From a virus (lineage: Duplodnaviria; Caudoviricetes), in IMG/VR virus record IMGVR_UViG_3300025849_000037, positions 1 to 61,030 of that record: a DNA stretch of 61,030 bases. One strand, 5' to 3'. How positions within the stretch are numbered: position 1 is the first letter of the stretch; the number at the start of each line of letters is the position of its first letter. Both the position numbers and the translations under genes were made by a program. The notes under the pieces were generated by a model that was not told where the DNA came from, ran no database searches, and saw nothing but the letters and a program-made list of their open reading frames with translations. This document shows positions 25,001 through 33,881 of the stretch, piece by piece.

Positions 25001-27566
25001 CTAAGTCTACGCCACCCTTCTTGAAGTTAGCGTTATATATGTTTCTGTACTTTGTAGCAGTCTCTAAGTCCATACCACGGAATGCAGCATCTACAAAACG
25101 CTTAGCATAACTAGGGTCAACCTCACGTAGTATAGCGTGGAATCCTTCGTGGTATGCAGTGTTGTTCTGAGCTATACTAGCCATGATGTGAACCGTACCG
25201 TCAGCAGCCTTGTAGAATCCGTTAGAACCTGCTATCTCTAGCTTGTCTACACCTGCCGCTTCTGCAGCCTCATCAAGGTTTCTGTGAATCATTACCTTTT
25301 GACCTTTGCTAGCTAATGCTTTAGCAACGTTCTTGATACCTTTCATTAACGGGGTATCGGGTAATTTTGTTTCTTCGTTTACCTCAATACTACCATCTAG
25401 TCCATTCATGAACTTAGTGTTGGTAGTTCTTTGAGTTTTGATATCGTTTATAGTAGACTCATACTTAGACTCAATGCTTTGTATAATTCCGTATTGAGCT
25501 TTAGCCTCTGCTCTTAGCTCTGCGCGTTGCTCTTTTGTTAACTTTAACTTACCACGCAACTTACCTAAAACGTTAGACAGCTTTTGGTTAGCTTCTATTG
25601 TGTTTTTAGCATCTTCGTCAGAGTATTGGTCATAAGCCATTTCCTGCTCTTCATTAAGAGTCTGTTGTAACTTCTCTAGTGACTTAAGCTTACTCTTAAT
25701 AACAGCACGCTTTGCGGTGTCGCTAGTGTTTCTTAACTCGTTAGCTAATGCCTGCTTGTTGCTTCTGATTTTAATCATCTCACTACGGATACCACCATAG
25801 CCTAAAGCGGATACACCTGCCGTAAGCAAGCTAGTCCCCTTGAATGCAGAACCTGAGATACGAGCGCCTGCACCCATACCAAAACCTAGTATAGCTGCGT
25901 CGATTACCTCGTACATGTTCATCTCCTCGTCGTTGATGGCGGCATGCACTATACCCGAACCTACGGTAGCTATGATTTCTTCTAAGCCTTCCTCAGCTCC
26001 GTCCTTTAGTATTCCCTTACCCGTCGCTGTAGCAAACTTCTTCATCTCCTTAGAGAGTAGACCCTTACCGAACAACTGCTGTTTTAGTTCTTTTTTACTT
26101 AAACCTTTGACTGCGCCAACACCCGACAATGCTTTAACATCGCTAGCAAATATCCTTTCAGACAATGTCTCTACTGCAGCATCGCCTAAAGCCATCATGA
26201 ACGCTTTACCATCGTCTACTTGACCATATGTATCAGCCCATGTACGTCCAAAGGTAGTTCCCCCCATAAATGCAGAAGATGCCCAAAGAGACGCTGAGGC
26301 ACTTGCTCCTAATCCACCTGTGGCATAAGCAATAGCAACTTGAGACAGCAACTGTGGTACAGTCTGTGCGGCCTGCACTGCAAATACAGCACCTGCGGCT
26401 TTAAGATTACCTTCTTCTAGGTTTGCAGCAATACCCTTTGATATCTCCTCTTCTGTTAAACCATACTCATTGTATGATGCATTTGTTCTAAATGTGTTTT
26501 GATATATGTCATCTTGAGCGCCTTCTCTGTCGTATAATGCTTGTACAGAGTTACTTATATCCATGATACCCGTAGCCATATCGTGTACGGCTAAACCCAC
26601 TATACTACGACCTTCCACCTTAGCGTTCTCTCTAGCTTGGTCAGCCAACTCTTTAGCAGCCACAGCATCCATATCCATCATAGTCAAACCTAAGTTCTTC
26701 TCATTGAATACAGCAATACCATTCTCGTCTACCTCTATTAACCCACCCTTAGATGGTGCGGCAGGCATTTCAAATTCATTTTCTGTTTGTGTTGCTTTAG
26801 TGTTGTCAAGCATTGCGTCATCATACGCAGCATTGACTTTGATTGCTTCTTGACCACGAATAATAGCGCGAACTTCGTCCTCGGTCTTAGCATTTCTAAT
26901 AAGTTCTTCTGTGTTTTTATCCGCAACTCTCTCTAGAGTCTTGAGAAATGGGGATGGCTGTTCGCTACGTTTTAGTTCGTTGAATATAAGATTCTCGCTA
27001 GTTCGCTCTTCACCTGTTATCAAAGCTGATAATGCGCTTCTTCCGACTTCACCTCTCGGTGTTTCAGTCTGAGCGTCTCTAAACTCTTCGTCCTTACCGC
27101 CCAATAAGCCTGCCCACCAACCTACGGCTTCTTCTTCTTTTTGGTGCATCTCACCTAGAGCAACACCTAAAGCGTTAGTCTCACGACCTTTGTTTACACT
27201 TATCTCTCCTTTTTCTACTTGGTCTGTTTTATCTTCTGCTTCAGCACCTTCGTTAATTTCGCCAATACCTTGCTGAAACGCAACAGGTTGAACGTCAAGA
27301 GATTGTAAGTCCGAGTCTGAATCGTCCCAAGACAATTCCGTAGAACCGACTTCGTTTTTTTTTTCAACGTCAACACCTACTAGTGTATTAAAGTCTTCTA
27401 GACTCCCGTTGTATCCTGTATTTGTAAATAGATTGTGTGCATCAGAACGAGCCTCTTCGTTCTCTGACAAGAGTGTTTTATAGTCTTCCAAGCTACCATT
27501 GTAGCCTGTTTCTTTAAATAACTTATACGAGTCCTGTAGAGCTTCTTCGTTCATAATGTCTATCAT
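19065..27566 (-). CDS. Giant virion/ejection protein (2833 aa), large polyvalent-type, with HExxH metallopeptidase motif
   Basis: Last gene of the internal-protein cluster; YHEGFH..EEVFAE motif; Gly/Ala-rich membrane-like segments. Confidence 0.7.
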   Translation of the reverse strand: MIDIMNEEALQDSYKLFKETGYNGSLEDYKTLLSENEEARSDAHNLFTNTGYNGSLEDFNTLVGVDVEKKNEVGSTELSWDDSDSDLQSLDVQPVAFQQGIGEINEGAEAEDKTDQVEKGEISVNKGRETNALGVALGEMHQKEEEAVGWWAGLLGGKDEEFRDAQTETPRGEVGRSALSALITGEERTSENLIFNELKRSEQPSPFLKTLERVADKNTEELIRNAKTEDEVRAIIRGQEAIKVNAAYDDAMLDNTKATQTENEFEMPAAPSKGGLIEVDENGIAVFNEKNLGLTMMDMDAVAAKELADQARENAKVEGRSIVGLAVHDMATGIMDISNSVQALYDREGAQDDIYQNTFRTNASYNEYGLTEEEISKGIAANLEEGNLKAAGAVFAVQAAQTVPQLLSQVAIAYATGGLGASASASLWASSAFMGGTTFGRTWADTYGQVDDGKAFMMALGDAAVETLSERIFASDVKALSGVGAVKGLSKKELKQQLFGKGLLSKEMKKFATATGKGILKDGAEEGLEEIIATVGSGIVHAAINDEEMNMYEVIDAAILGFGMGAGARISGSAFKGTSLLTAGVSALGYGGIRSEMIKIRSNKQALANELRNTSDTAKRAVIKSKLKSLEKLQQTLNEEQEMAYDQYSDEDAKNTIEANQKLSNVLGKLRGKLKLTKEQRAELRAEAKAQYGIIQSIESKYESTINDIKTQRTTNTKFMNGLDGSIEVNEETKLPDTPLMKGIKNVAKALASKGQKVMIHRNLDEAAEAAGVDKLEIAGSNGFYKAADGTVHIMASIAQNNTAYHEGFHAILREVDPSYAKRFVDAAFRGMDLETATKYRNIYNANFKKGGVDLAVEEVFAEMNADIATGAISQEGAGTSIVRAAMGSLAKSLNAAGIPVKASPSFKEFATYVSNVTTDFQLGEALTESKGAFGNNPVSTDNFLQMNEEEVNKLNAAKEATIKVAKGKKFAGSFINGETNFTNLAEVVENFKKENGGRAPKILFWMGDQSARGTYKTLDGTEIELEGGISFSQDSSNTDNGVVWATNKNNNEVQGLVKDADIVAIVSGHPKTGHRFYKGTSQVVYTELMEALNRNKGKSVEYPMRGNPFSIEVPAEGFTDPLQAVKFFYNALAENGKKPVAIYKESKEDKKEGRGSFMTEVAKHETLEAYLADSKGDRMSGLNMFLEPSGEMASFMSNAGMKSADDYQNDMRDGYLTENGFNTGDIYAFYEFERGEDGKVLTQDGKHSTYSTDIKGKALGIANRKDNIYQVADLAASTTSEKELSGESKVEMALAEGLLNKEEVAEMQTLEKDSKERQNAKKTLIAKAAVEARRQGNFTFANRIKAPTKKDIEEFGISGISTLKSGYVSVEKAGDKSLKRVVSDAGTSYDGDVLLESLIAGQTMDGRQDALNKAAAELVEEGKAKEVEFKDGKKKFINTVLPVGLVLERAARNEGVSFEAMAESVNPETKRKAAIFHQATIVDETAQRILMGEKKADIIASLRAKGMSRADANLVYAKSSQFAKGAKKGWSEGTKERSAQLAAKRKAERKAESAKAKDFRKKAAAILKQEKKTGDVILREMMNLIKEAGVDIKASQVQTLIRIAKKVSRAKGRGVLDTDARYELLNSVIDKVVKIIDKQLTSQGLDEYTNRLRKVEKEQKKLRDRLTKLKATSRSPLISYAEQILDMTSLNPAMLSAESLILLESAIKDLNISTKSVSVRGSKLGQPYVEVEGLGYVDIRRAKLFFNEIFENLKTEEVALQEKALVEQATDLAFENETDWVTEYEGLMQKIAEKDLKGVQKKLKAIADEMGLDLNDINDFEVASQLYSEEKAEKLNAQKQTIINQAILPTYLNFRRLLESNEALAQIFGVPTNTEDAVAAEIVKSRMQKLTPLELKRLEFAMYDFAVNGRALGMQALAAVAVAKNDNNPRLAALNMKSREKEGAGKGVFGRFENTPSYFRRLFLASEAKTAQFLEVIGFSELRSAVSQADSISNVFDENMIEVAKELGVTSLTSQIKMQILSVLSQVPEGKNTTQHLAQVVASLELSLVSDKRFTESQRQDIRAAFDEVLYTSNNKKKNYDEIMESFEGTKEAQFVEAMRSSFGVQGIRTKTYAEEFLGMNFKEENNYLPIKFRSVGSNNDNINALQENIENVQAAFRSYGMSKATEQASSTYERNDEAMGSKTRYLDLNFLDGLSKSYRQNEVKARTAPAVAKISTMTSEANEEFKATVLQPEQRQKVRKKVMLFLTENAVAAEQQDELLGQTLKKVTKELNNLTVLYYFGTAVTQIAKQSGAIMNTVLEGGNPLSLIGYVLQTLTGKYPKGVKAILSKSDIGQRDYIKETVSATVKGNAVTENGKWAKVRKKGFDISTFGLRKTDQVVATASWLMYFEQYQRKENGFTGNVTEETWLDWNKNFDAAAADYASLMVTKDQNISTSRDKSEFRNLNSGQIASVMQMLVMPFANFLINKKLNLMLDFQKVGKKGTTVEGLRSIGGTALEVAAFHGMSQFVIAPLIMSLARAIGGGEEEEEDSWFDKEFRWGLFKKGMLSDMNPLIMPVGAMEAWATTAYNMLDFMATDESKKNNFEDRSWYENFQAWERVNGMPKFNGQGRGDMSFITMLKAGGVYGDVGVELVLAMSNVRSLTLEKNPYYVTTFGTKKFLSTADARKMAKLEGSKLVLMVTGGFTGYFAKESVAAIKMRERQIGKRGITNENEAIGRMIINEQKGTDLMIDKVKSKVKDNPLAVEGTVNSIMGDKVVKSVEADKLPSNKYINTIRDIHVKAPDARDAAMAAKVIMNTMTPQEAKAFKADFLKYYALKDGENALVKIVMILNK

Positions 27567-27582
27567 TGATTATATGATAGTG

Positions 27583-27590
27583 CAAATATA
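27583..27590 (-). promoter_or_regulatory. TAnnTTTG -7 promoter element
   Basis: TATATTTG upstream of the 2833-aa gene. Confidence 0.75.
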
Positions 27591-27620
27591 CAAAAAAACT
27601 ATGACTTTTACAAGGTTATC

Positions 27621-29135
27621 TTAGTTGTATTTAGAGCCTACACCACCGCCTTCAGAGCCTTCTTCAGCAGCTTCTTCAGTGTTACCTTCTGATGAGATGT
27701 CCACTAAATTAGCCTCTCTAAGAGATGCTGTTTTCATTATCTTCAAGTCTCCGCTAGGTATACGAGAGTATCCGCCTTTTATCTCGGTTAGAGTAGCGTC
27801 AGTCTTCCGTAGCAAGGCAGAAATAGCGGCATCGCTAGCACCTGCAGTTTCCATTTCTCTAACTTTAGTCATGATATCCGCGCTAGGCTTGTACTCCACT
27901 GCAAAGTATGTAACTTTATTACCTTGCTTCTGAGCTATTACACCACCTGTTACGATGCGTTGTTCTCCGCTACCGCTAGAGTATGATTTCATCTTTGGAG
28001 CGGAAGCGTATCCAACTTGTTGATTAGCAAGATTAGGAACAGACCCCTTGATTTTTACGTTACCCAAGACTCCCGTCAAGGATGTACCACTGTTTAATGC
28101 TAAGTCGTCTAGAGCACTTCCACCGTCGTTTCCGCCACCCTTTACAGATAAGTCCTTGCTAGACTTAGACTGCTTACCTTTTGTAGCACGTGGGTCTACA
28201 GCTTCAGTGTATACTCTTTGACCGTATTGGTCTAGTTCGTTTTCTAGGTTGAATGCCTGAACAGCTCTACGTCTTGCAAATGGGTCGTTTGCAAACTCAG
28301 GAGCTTCCTGTAGGTCTTCTATGCTTCTGTACTTAGAACGTATTTCGTTTCCGTACTCGCGCAATTGAGTAAATGCTTGAACATCACCATCAGTTAAATC
28401 TTCCTTACCGAACATATCGCCCATAAACTGAGCTTCAATAGCTAGTCTAAACTCCTTGTTAGACTCCATCTGAGTTCCGTAGGTCTGAGCTATAAGCTCT
28501 GCCTTTAAATCCTCATCTACGTCAGCTAGGCTATATCCTTTGCTTGTTCCGTCAGCGTTGGTTACACTTCTTCCTGAAGACTCTAGCGCACCACGTAATA
28601 CTTTTTCTGCATCAACCGCCGCAAACTGAGCCACAGACTTTTCTGTATCATACATTACGGGAGCTTGATATAGTATACCCTGACCTACTTGACCTTGATT
28701 AGCACTAGTCATAGCTGTGCTTTGTCTGTGTTGATTTAAGTGGTCTGTATAGAGGGTTGAGTTACGTGCATACTCAGGAGTTTCACGCAGCGCTCCGTAC
28801 GCCTCTGTCTCTTGTGTTAGTGCAGCTTTCGATGTTGCAGCCAACTGAGACACAACAGCCATAGCGTTCTTAGCTCTTTGAGCATCCTCGGGATTCATAG
28901 TCTTCTGAGCTGTTGCAGATAAATCCATAGCTCTTTCCAACTCTTGGTTGATGTACGGAGAGTCTACGTCGCGGATACCCGAGGCATCAACAGCGTCATA
29001 TAGACTAGCGTTCTGCTTTACAAACTCTTGCTTCTTTGCGTACTGACGTGCGTCATAAGCCAAGCCTGCCTGCCCTAGATTACTAAAGTCAAACACTTGA
29101 TTGCCCTGTCCTAAACCTGCTGTACCGTTAGCCAT
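27621..29135 (-). CDS. Putative internal virion/ejection protein (504 aa)
   Basis: Position in the cluster; helical, Q/A-rich. Confidence 0.65.
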   Translation of the reverse strand: MANGTAGLGQGNQVFDFSNLGQAGLAYDARQYAKKQEFVKQNASLYDAVDASGIRDVDSPYINQELERAMDLSATAQKTMNPEDAQRAKNAMAVVSQLAATSKAALTQETEAYGALRETPEYARNSTLYTDHLNQHRQSTAMTSANQGQVGQGILYQAPVMYDTEKSVAQFAAVDAEKVLRGALESSGRSVTNADGTSKGYSLADVDEDLKAELIAQTYGTQMESNKEFRLAIEAQFMGDMFGKEDLTDGDVQAFTQLREYGNEIRSKYRSIEDLQEAPEFANDPFARRRAVQAFNLENELDQYGQRVYTEAVDPRATKGKQSKSSKDLSVKGGGNDGGSALDDLALNSGTSLTGVLGNVKIKGSVPNLANQQVGYASAPKMKSYSSGSGEQRIVTGGVIAQKQGNKVTYFAVEYKPSADIMTKVREMETAGASDAAISALLRKTDATLTEIKGGYSRIPSGDLKIMKTASLREANLVDISSEGNTEEAAEEGSEGGGVGSKYN

Positions 29136-29917
29136 TATTTAAATCTTTTTTGACTAAGTAAATTACGGAAATACTTAGACTCTTTTTTTATAGCAGCAGC
29201 TTGCTTTGGGTTAATGATATATTCACTACCTGTAGCTTCCCCTACTACTTTGCCTTGCTTATTAGTCATTGTTATAGGGTTAGAGCCGTGAGAGAACTCT
29301 CCATCTAGCTTACCACTATTGTCAACCTTACCGCCTTGTTCTTTTTTAAACATTCCCTTCTCAAACTCGAGACCTGCCTGCATAGCTCCGCCCGCTGTAG
29401 AACCTACCCCGCCTGCAATGTTTCCTAGTGCAGCTTGCTTAGCAGCATCAGCCGCTCCATACTGCATACGGAATCTATTCTCTTTCATTTGTTGGTTCTG
29501 AGCCTGTGCGTTACCTAGAACCTGTAGTCCTTGCATCTCACGTTGACGCTGTGCGTCTTGAGCCTGTAGCTCTGACGTGTTAGCAGCAGTAACCTGTGAT
29601 TGTAGCCCGCCTAATAAGGCACGGCCACCCGCCTTGCCTAAAGCATCAGTGGAAGTGGCTAGACGACGATTGATAGCCTCAGTCTGTTGGCGTAAAGCAG
29701 ATTGGTCTAACGCCTTTGCAGCGTACTGCTCGTAAGCAGAAGGGAGACCTAACTTAGGTGCTCCTGCTAAGAGTTCGTCCATTTGTGCATTTGCTTTTCT
29801 TAGTTGCTGTGCACCATAGATTGCTTGGCCTACACCTGCGATAGCTTGAACACCACCACCGATAACGCCACCAATAGCGAATCTCTTTACCTTACCGTCT
29901 TTTCCTCTTAACTTCAT
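29135..29917 (-). CDS. Putative internal virion/pilot protein (260 aa)
   Basis: Gly/Ala-rich hydrophobic ends, coiled-coil middle, GEFSH..NP..GEATGSEYIINP motif. Confidence 0.7.
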   Translation of the reverse strand: MKLRGKDGKVKRFAIGGVIGGGVQAIAGVGQAIYGAQQLRKANAQMDELLAGAPKLGLPSAYEQYAAKALDQSALRQQTEAINRRLATSTDALGKAGGRALLGGLQSQVTAANTSELQAQDAQRQREMQGLQVLGNAQAQNQQMKENRFRMQYGAADAAKQAALGNIAGGVGSTAGGAMQAGLEFEKGMFKKEQGGKVDNSGKLDGEFSHGSNPITMTNKQGKVVGEATGSEYIINPKQAAAIKKESKYFRNLLSQKRFK

Positions 29918-29925
29918 ACTAAATG

Positions 29926-29933
29926 CAAATATA
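29926..29933 (-). promoter_or_regulatory. TAnnTTTG -7 promoter element
   Basis: TATATTTG 8 nt before the ATG at 29917. Confidence 0.7.
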
Positions 29934-29937
29934 CGAA

Positions 29938-32900
29938 TTATTGTTGACTATTGTTGTGTAACCCACTCTCAGAAGTGTGTGCCGATAAAGCAAAAAGCTC
30001 TAGGGCGCTTGTTGTATCGAATACAACTTTAACCTCAGCATAAGCACCTCTTAATGGGTCTCCATCAACAGCCTCTCCTTTCACAGCTAAGACATCCCCC
30101 GCTGTTACAGCTCCACCGTTCGTGACTGTGAGAACTCTTGCACTACTTACAGAGTCAACAGTTACTCCTGCTAAGCTTGTAAGAGTACCGCCTACTAGTT
30201 TATATACATCACCACCCATTCTAAATGGTAGTCTGTTTACTTTGTTTACAAATGTGATACTTGGGTCAGTCTCAGAAGCTACCTCGCCTAGCGAGATAAA
30301 CTGAGAAGTACCCTCTTCTCTTGGAACGGAAGAATAGTATACACCCTCTTTAAGAGCAAAAGCCCCTGCAGGTATAGCAACCTCTTGGTCAATAGTAGAT
30401 AGTGCCGCAGAAGGGCTCTGAGTAGCGTCTACGCCAATGCTATTGAATACCTTTCTAGAAGTCGGAGCTTGGTTGAATACGCCCTTGATGTATGCCTCAC
30501 CCTGAGTCCCAAAAAAGTTACTATATAGTGCGTTGGTGTCGGCCTCGTATACAAGATTGCCTCTAATCTGCAAGAATCTATTACCTAGAGTTCCGTAGAA
30601 GTCACTAGTGTAGTCTGCAAAAGAAGTAAACTTACCTAGACCCTCAGAGTATACTATTGATTTTTCGTAAGCGTTATCGCTGTCTGTCAAAGAGAATATA
30701 ATTTCTCCGTTTCTTTTATCTTGCCCTATCTTAACCGAGTAGCTAGCAGCAGCCAACATGTCGTCGCTACGTCCTTCAACCCAAGAAGAAACACCTTCGT
30801 CAGACAGAACTTTAATTCCACCCGCTCCTAAAGATATTATCTTACCTCTAACAGCATCAACAGCATAGACAGTTCCGTTAGACTTTAAGAAAGCCTCTCT
30901 GTCTTCGTTGATTCCTGCCTCAATTGGATAGTGTTGTTGCAGACCTAAGACTTCGCTAGTCTGTGTTACAAATCCACTACCTGAACCCGTAGATAGAATG
31001 TTTCTGCCAACGGGTATTCTAGACACCTTGTCAGACTGAAGTAACGTGATACTGTCAGACAAGTCAACAAGGCCGAATATCCCACCGTAGCTTAATTCGT
31101 AGTCTTGGAAGTTTGCTAGACTAGCATTAAACGAAGAGAAGAATAATTGAGCAGCATCTGCGGCCTGCGGCTCTGAATACGTCAAACTAGAAATTCTTTG
31201 GTGCTCTCTTTCATTAGGAAGCACAGCATAAGGCTTTCCTCCTAGCTTTCCTTTAGTTGCATCGTCTCCATCAAAGTATTGACTAGACTCAACGCTATAT
31301 GTTTCTTCTGCAAATTCTTCGCTTGTGCTGCTAACAGCAAACTTTAACGCTCTTTTCTTGTACCAAGCATTACCCTCTGTTAGGTTTTGTATTTGTCCTA
31401 ACGCTCCAAAGACTCCGCTTATATCGTACTTCCCTTCAATAGCGTAGTATACCTTAACATCTGACTCTTTAGACGGAGAGTATATCTCAACTATCACATC
31501 CTTGCCCCAATCTGAGTTTGATGCAAATACATCCGTGTAGGTAAATCCTGCTGCGGAAAGGTTTGCCTCTAATACAAGGAACTGACCATTGTGTATTTTT
31601 TCTTCGTATTGAGCTGTCCCTAACTCAAAGCTGTCAGCTTCTATAGTCTCTACGCCCTTTACCTCAAACTCAAAGTCTGACGGATATTGTCTAGACTCTA
31701 ATTCTTCGTAAGAGATAATTCTTAATCTATCTCCTTCAGTATAACTATACTGTAAATCGCTAGCACTTCCATAAGAGTTTTCAGCCCCTTGAAGAGCTCT
31801 TAGTGATACGTATATTGTGTCTCCAATAGACTCGTCTACCTTTGTAGCACTCTTGACAAATGCTGAAGGTACTGAGTATTGAACATAGTCGGCTATGTTA
31901 TTACCACCGCTGTAGACATAAAAGTATCTCGTAAAGTCAGTGTCTAAGTTAGATGCAGAAAGAGTAACGTCAATAGATGCACTTCCCTTGTTAACTCTCT
32001 CAGATTTTCTATCAACGTCTACAGAGCCTAATTCATAAACGCCCGAGGTTCTTCCTAAGCCGTCTTCAAACACAACACCTATAGAGTGGCTTTCACCGCT
32101 TTTAAAAGTTCTGTTCTGAGCAGAGCCCGCTCCTACCGAGCTAAAGTTTTCAGCCAATTGTACCAAAGCGAATCTATCCCCTGCGGTTGTTCCGTATACA
32201 CCGCTTAAAGATGTAACGTAATCCCTGTAAGAGGTAATCAAGAGCCCATCGCTAAGAATAGCTCTAGTGCCCGATACAGCAAATGAGGTGGGTCTTATAG
32301 ATAAGTCTACACCTGTTGCTGTTGCTACTGCGGTAATTGAAAATGATACAGAACCATTATCAAACTGTGCTGACCATAGACCCCAAGTATTCGGTGATAT
32401 TCCATTATCGTAGGCTGACGAACCACCACTTATATCAAGTGAGAAAGTCTGTCCGTCTAGTGCTGCTGCTAGATTAGTATTGTAATCAGAGTACGTAGGC
32501 GCAGAGATAGAATTAGAACTAGAAAAATTCTTATTAGTTATATATAAATTTCTATTGTAAACGGCGGAGGGTGAGTTGCTTGCATCATTATCAGAAGCAA
32601 CAAAAGTTTTCTTTACTGTAGTTCCATCAGACTTAAAGAAAGTAATACCTCTTTGAGTATTTTCTCTAACTGCCAAGTATCCAAAAATAAAGTCTATAGT
32701 CGTAGATATAGACGAACCACCTACAAGGGTTTGAACTGCAGATGTATCTATATTTAGACCTATATTTTCTTCCTGTACTGCAGAGCTGCCTGAGCGAACT
32801 ACAGTTACCTCTAATTCATCATTTAGCCCCTCTTCTGCGTAATTAACAGAAAGCGTGGCGCTTACAGTAGCTTTATCAAAACCTTCTTTGTAGTTGGCGT

Positions 32901-33876
32901 AGAATAGTCTGTTTGCAGCTATAACCTGAGCCTTTGCGGACTTAGGCACATTATCTGTAGTCTTGTTGTATTCAGAGTCAGAAACAGCAGGGTAAGACTT
33001 GTCATTATAGAAGTCTATACCACTAATCAATTCAGAAGGCTCAAACTCACCTATGTAGTACATTGTGTTATCTTCGGGCTTCTTGTAGAAGATTCTAACA
33101 AAAGGAATTGTAGTCCCAAGTCCTAGCCCCAAAGTACCAAAGGGAGTTCCTAGGCTTATTTTATTGTCTTGACGCTTGTAGTGTAAAGATGTTGATAGGT
33201 AGTCTAGAGTATTCAATCCTGCAATTGGCGTGCTGTACTCCCCGATAGCAGAAACCTCTCCATCTCTGTATACCCACTGCATAGCGAACTGAAACGCCTT
33301 GCCGTAAAGCTCGTTACTTTTCTTAGATGAGTCTGTAGATATAGACACGACAGGTGCAAACGGCGCTACCTTCATGACTTGTGCTTCATTTTGAGAAGCA
33401 GGGTAAGTCCCTAGCAACGCAACATCGTGGTCTACATTAACTTTTTGCGGCTCATCAGTACCGTTTGTGAAGTACAAGTGTAGGCTTCCATCAACTAACA
33501 TACCATCAATGTGCAATGCATCAGTTGTTGTTAGTATAATTTTTGTAGACTCGATAATTCTAGTAAATGAGTTACTGCCTTGCTCTAATTCGTGAACTGT
33601 ATTGTAACCTAAACTGTTATGTACAAATACAAAAAACCTATTAGTAGCCTCGTGCTCATAACAACCAACAATAGTGTTAGTGCCAAGCACATTAGAAGGA
33701 ACAAGGCCTGTACCTGTAAGGTTGGTATTACCCTTGATGTTTTTCACAACACCTTGGTTTCCACCTTCATCGGCAGATACACGTACGTTAAGAGCGTCTA
33801 TCATCTCTTGAGCCGCAATTATACGACTATCGTTATCTAAGTTAAGATAGCGAGGTGTAAGGGTATTGATGCCCAT
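29938..33876 (-). CDS. Tail stabilisation/muzzle protein (crAss-like, P22 gp10 analogue)
   Basis: LNLDNDSR..IDALNVR N-terminus, NVPKSAKAQ..NRLFYANY, DGDPLRGAY C-terminus; position in the module. Confidence 0.75.
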   Translation of the reverse strand: MGINTLTPRYLNLDNDSRIIAAQEMIDALNVRVSADEGGNQGVVKNIKGNTNLTGTGLVPSNVLGTNTIVGCYEHEATNRFFVFVHNSLGYNTVHELEQGSNSFTRIIESTKIILTTTDALHIDGMLVDGSLHLYFTNGTDEPQKVNVDHDVALLGTYPASQNEAQVMKVAPFAPVVSISTDSSKKSNELYGKAFQFAMQWVYRDGEVSAIGEYSTPIAGLNTLDYLSTSLHYKRQDNKISLGTPFGTLGLGLGTTIPFVRIFYKKPEDNTMYYIGEFEPSELISGIDFYNDKSYPAVSDSEYNKTTDNVPKSAKAQVIAANRLFYANYKEGFDKATVSATLSVNYAEEGLNDELEVTVVRSGSSAVQEENIGLNIDTSAVQTLVGGSSISTTIDFIFGYLAVRENTQRGITFFKSDGTTVKKTFVASDNDASNSPSAVYNRNLYITNKNFSSSNSISAPTYSDYNTNLAAALDGQTFSLDISGGSSAYDNGISPNTWGLWSAQFDNGSVSFSITAVATATGVDLSIRPTSFAVSGTRAILSDGLLITSYRDYVTSLSGVYGTTAGDRFALVQLAENFSSVGAGSAQNRTFKSGESHSIGVVFEDGLGRTSGVYELGSVDVDRKSERVNKGSASIDVTLSASNLDTDFTRYFYVYSGGNNIADYVQYSVPSAFVKSATKVDESIGDTIYVSLRALQGAENSYGSASDLQYSYTEGDRLRIISYEELESRQYPSDFEFEVKGVETIEADSFELGTAQYEEKIHNGQFLVLEANLSAAGFTYTDVFASNSDWGKDVIVEIYSPSKESDVKVYYAIEGKYDISGVFGALGQIQNLTEGNAWYKKRALKFAVSSTSEEFAEETYSVESSQYFDGDDATKGKLGGKPYAVLPNEREHQRISSLTYSEPQAADAAQLFFSSFNASLANFQDYELSYGGIFGLVDLSDSITLLQSDKVSRIPVGRNILSTGSGSGFVTQTSEVLGLQQHYPIEAGINEDREAFLKSNGTVYAVDAVRGKIISLGAGGIKVLSDEGVSSWVEGRSDDMLAAASYSVKIGQDKRNGEIIFSLTDSDNAYEKSIVYSEGLGKFTSFADYTSDFYGTLGNRFLQIRGNLVYEADTNALYSNFFGTQGEAYIKGVFNQAPTSRKVFNSIGVDATQSPSAALSTIDQEVAIPAGAFALKEGVYYSSVPREEGTSQFISLGEVASETDPSITFVNKVNRLPFRMGGDVYKLVGGTLTSLAGVTVDSVSSARVLTVTNGGAVTAGDVLAVKGEAVDGDPLRGAYAEVKVVFDTTSALELFALSAHTSESGLHNNSQQ

Positions 33877-33881
33877 AGGTG

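Noticed and set aside
19065-27566. Giant protein as a crAss-type virion RNA polymerase
   Set aside because: No DFDID/DFDGD-type catalytic motif is seen (only SYDGD and a low-complexity DSDSD); the HExxH motif fits a polyvalent ejection protein better.
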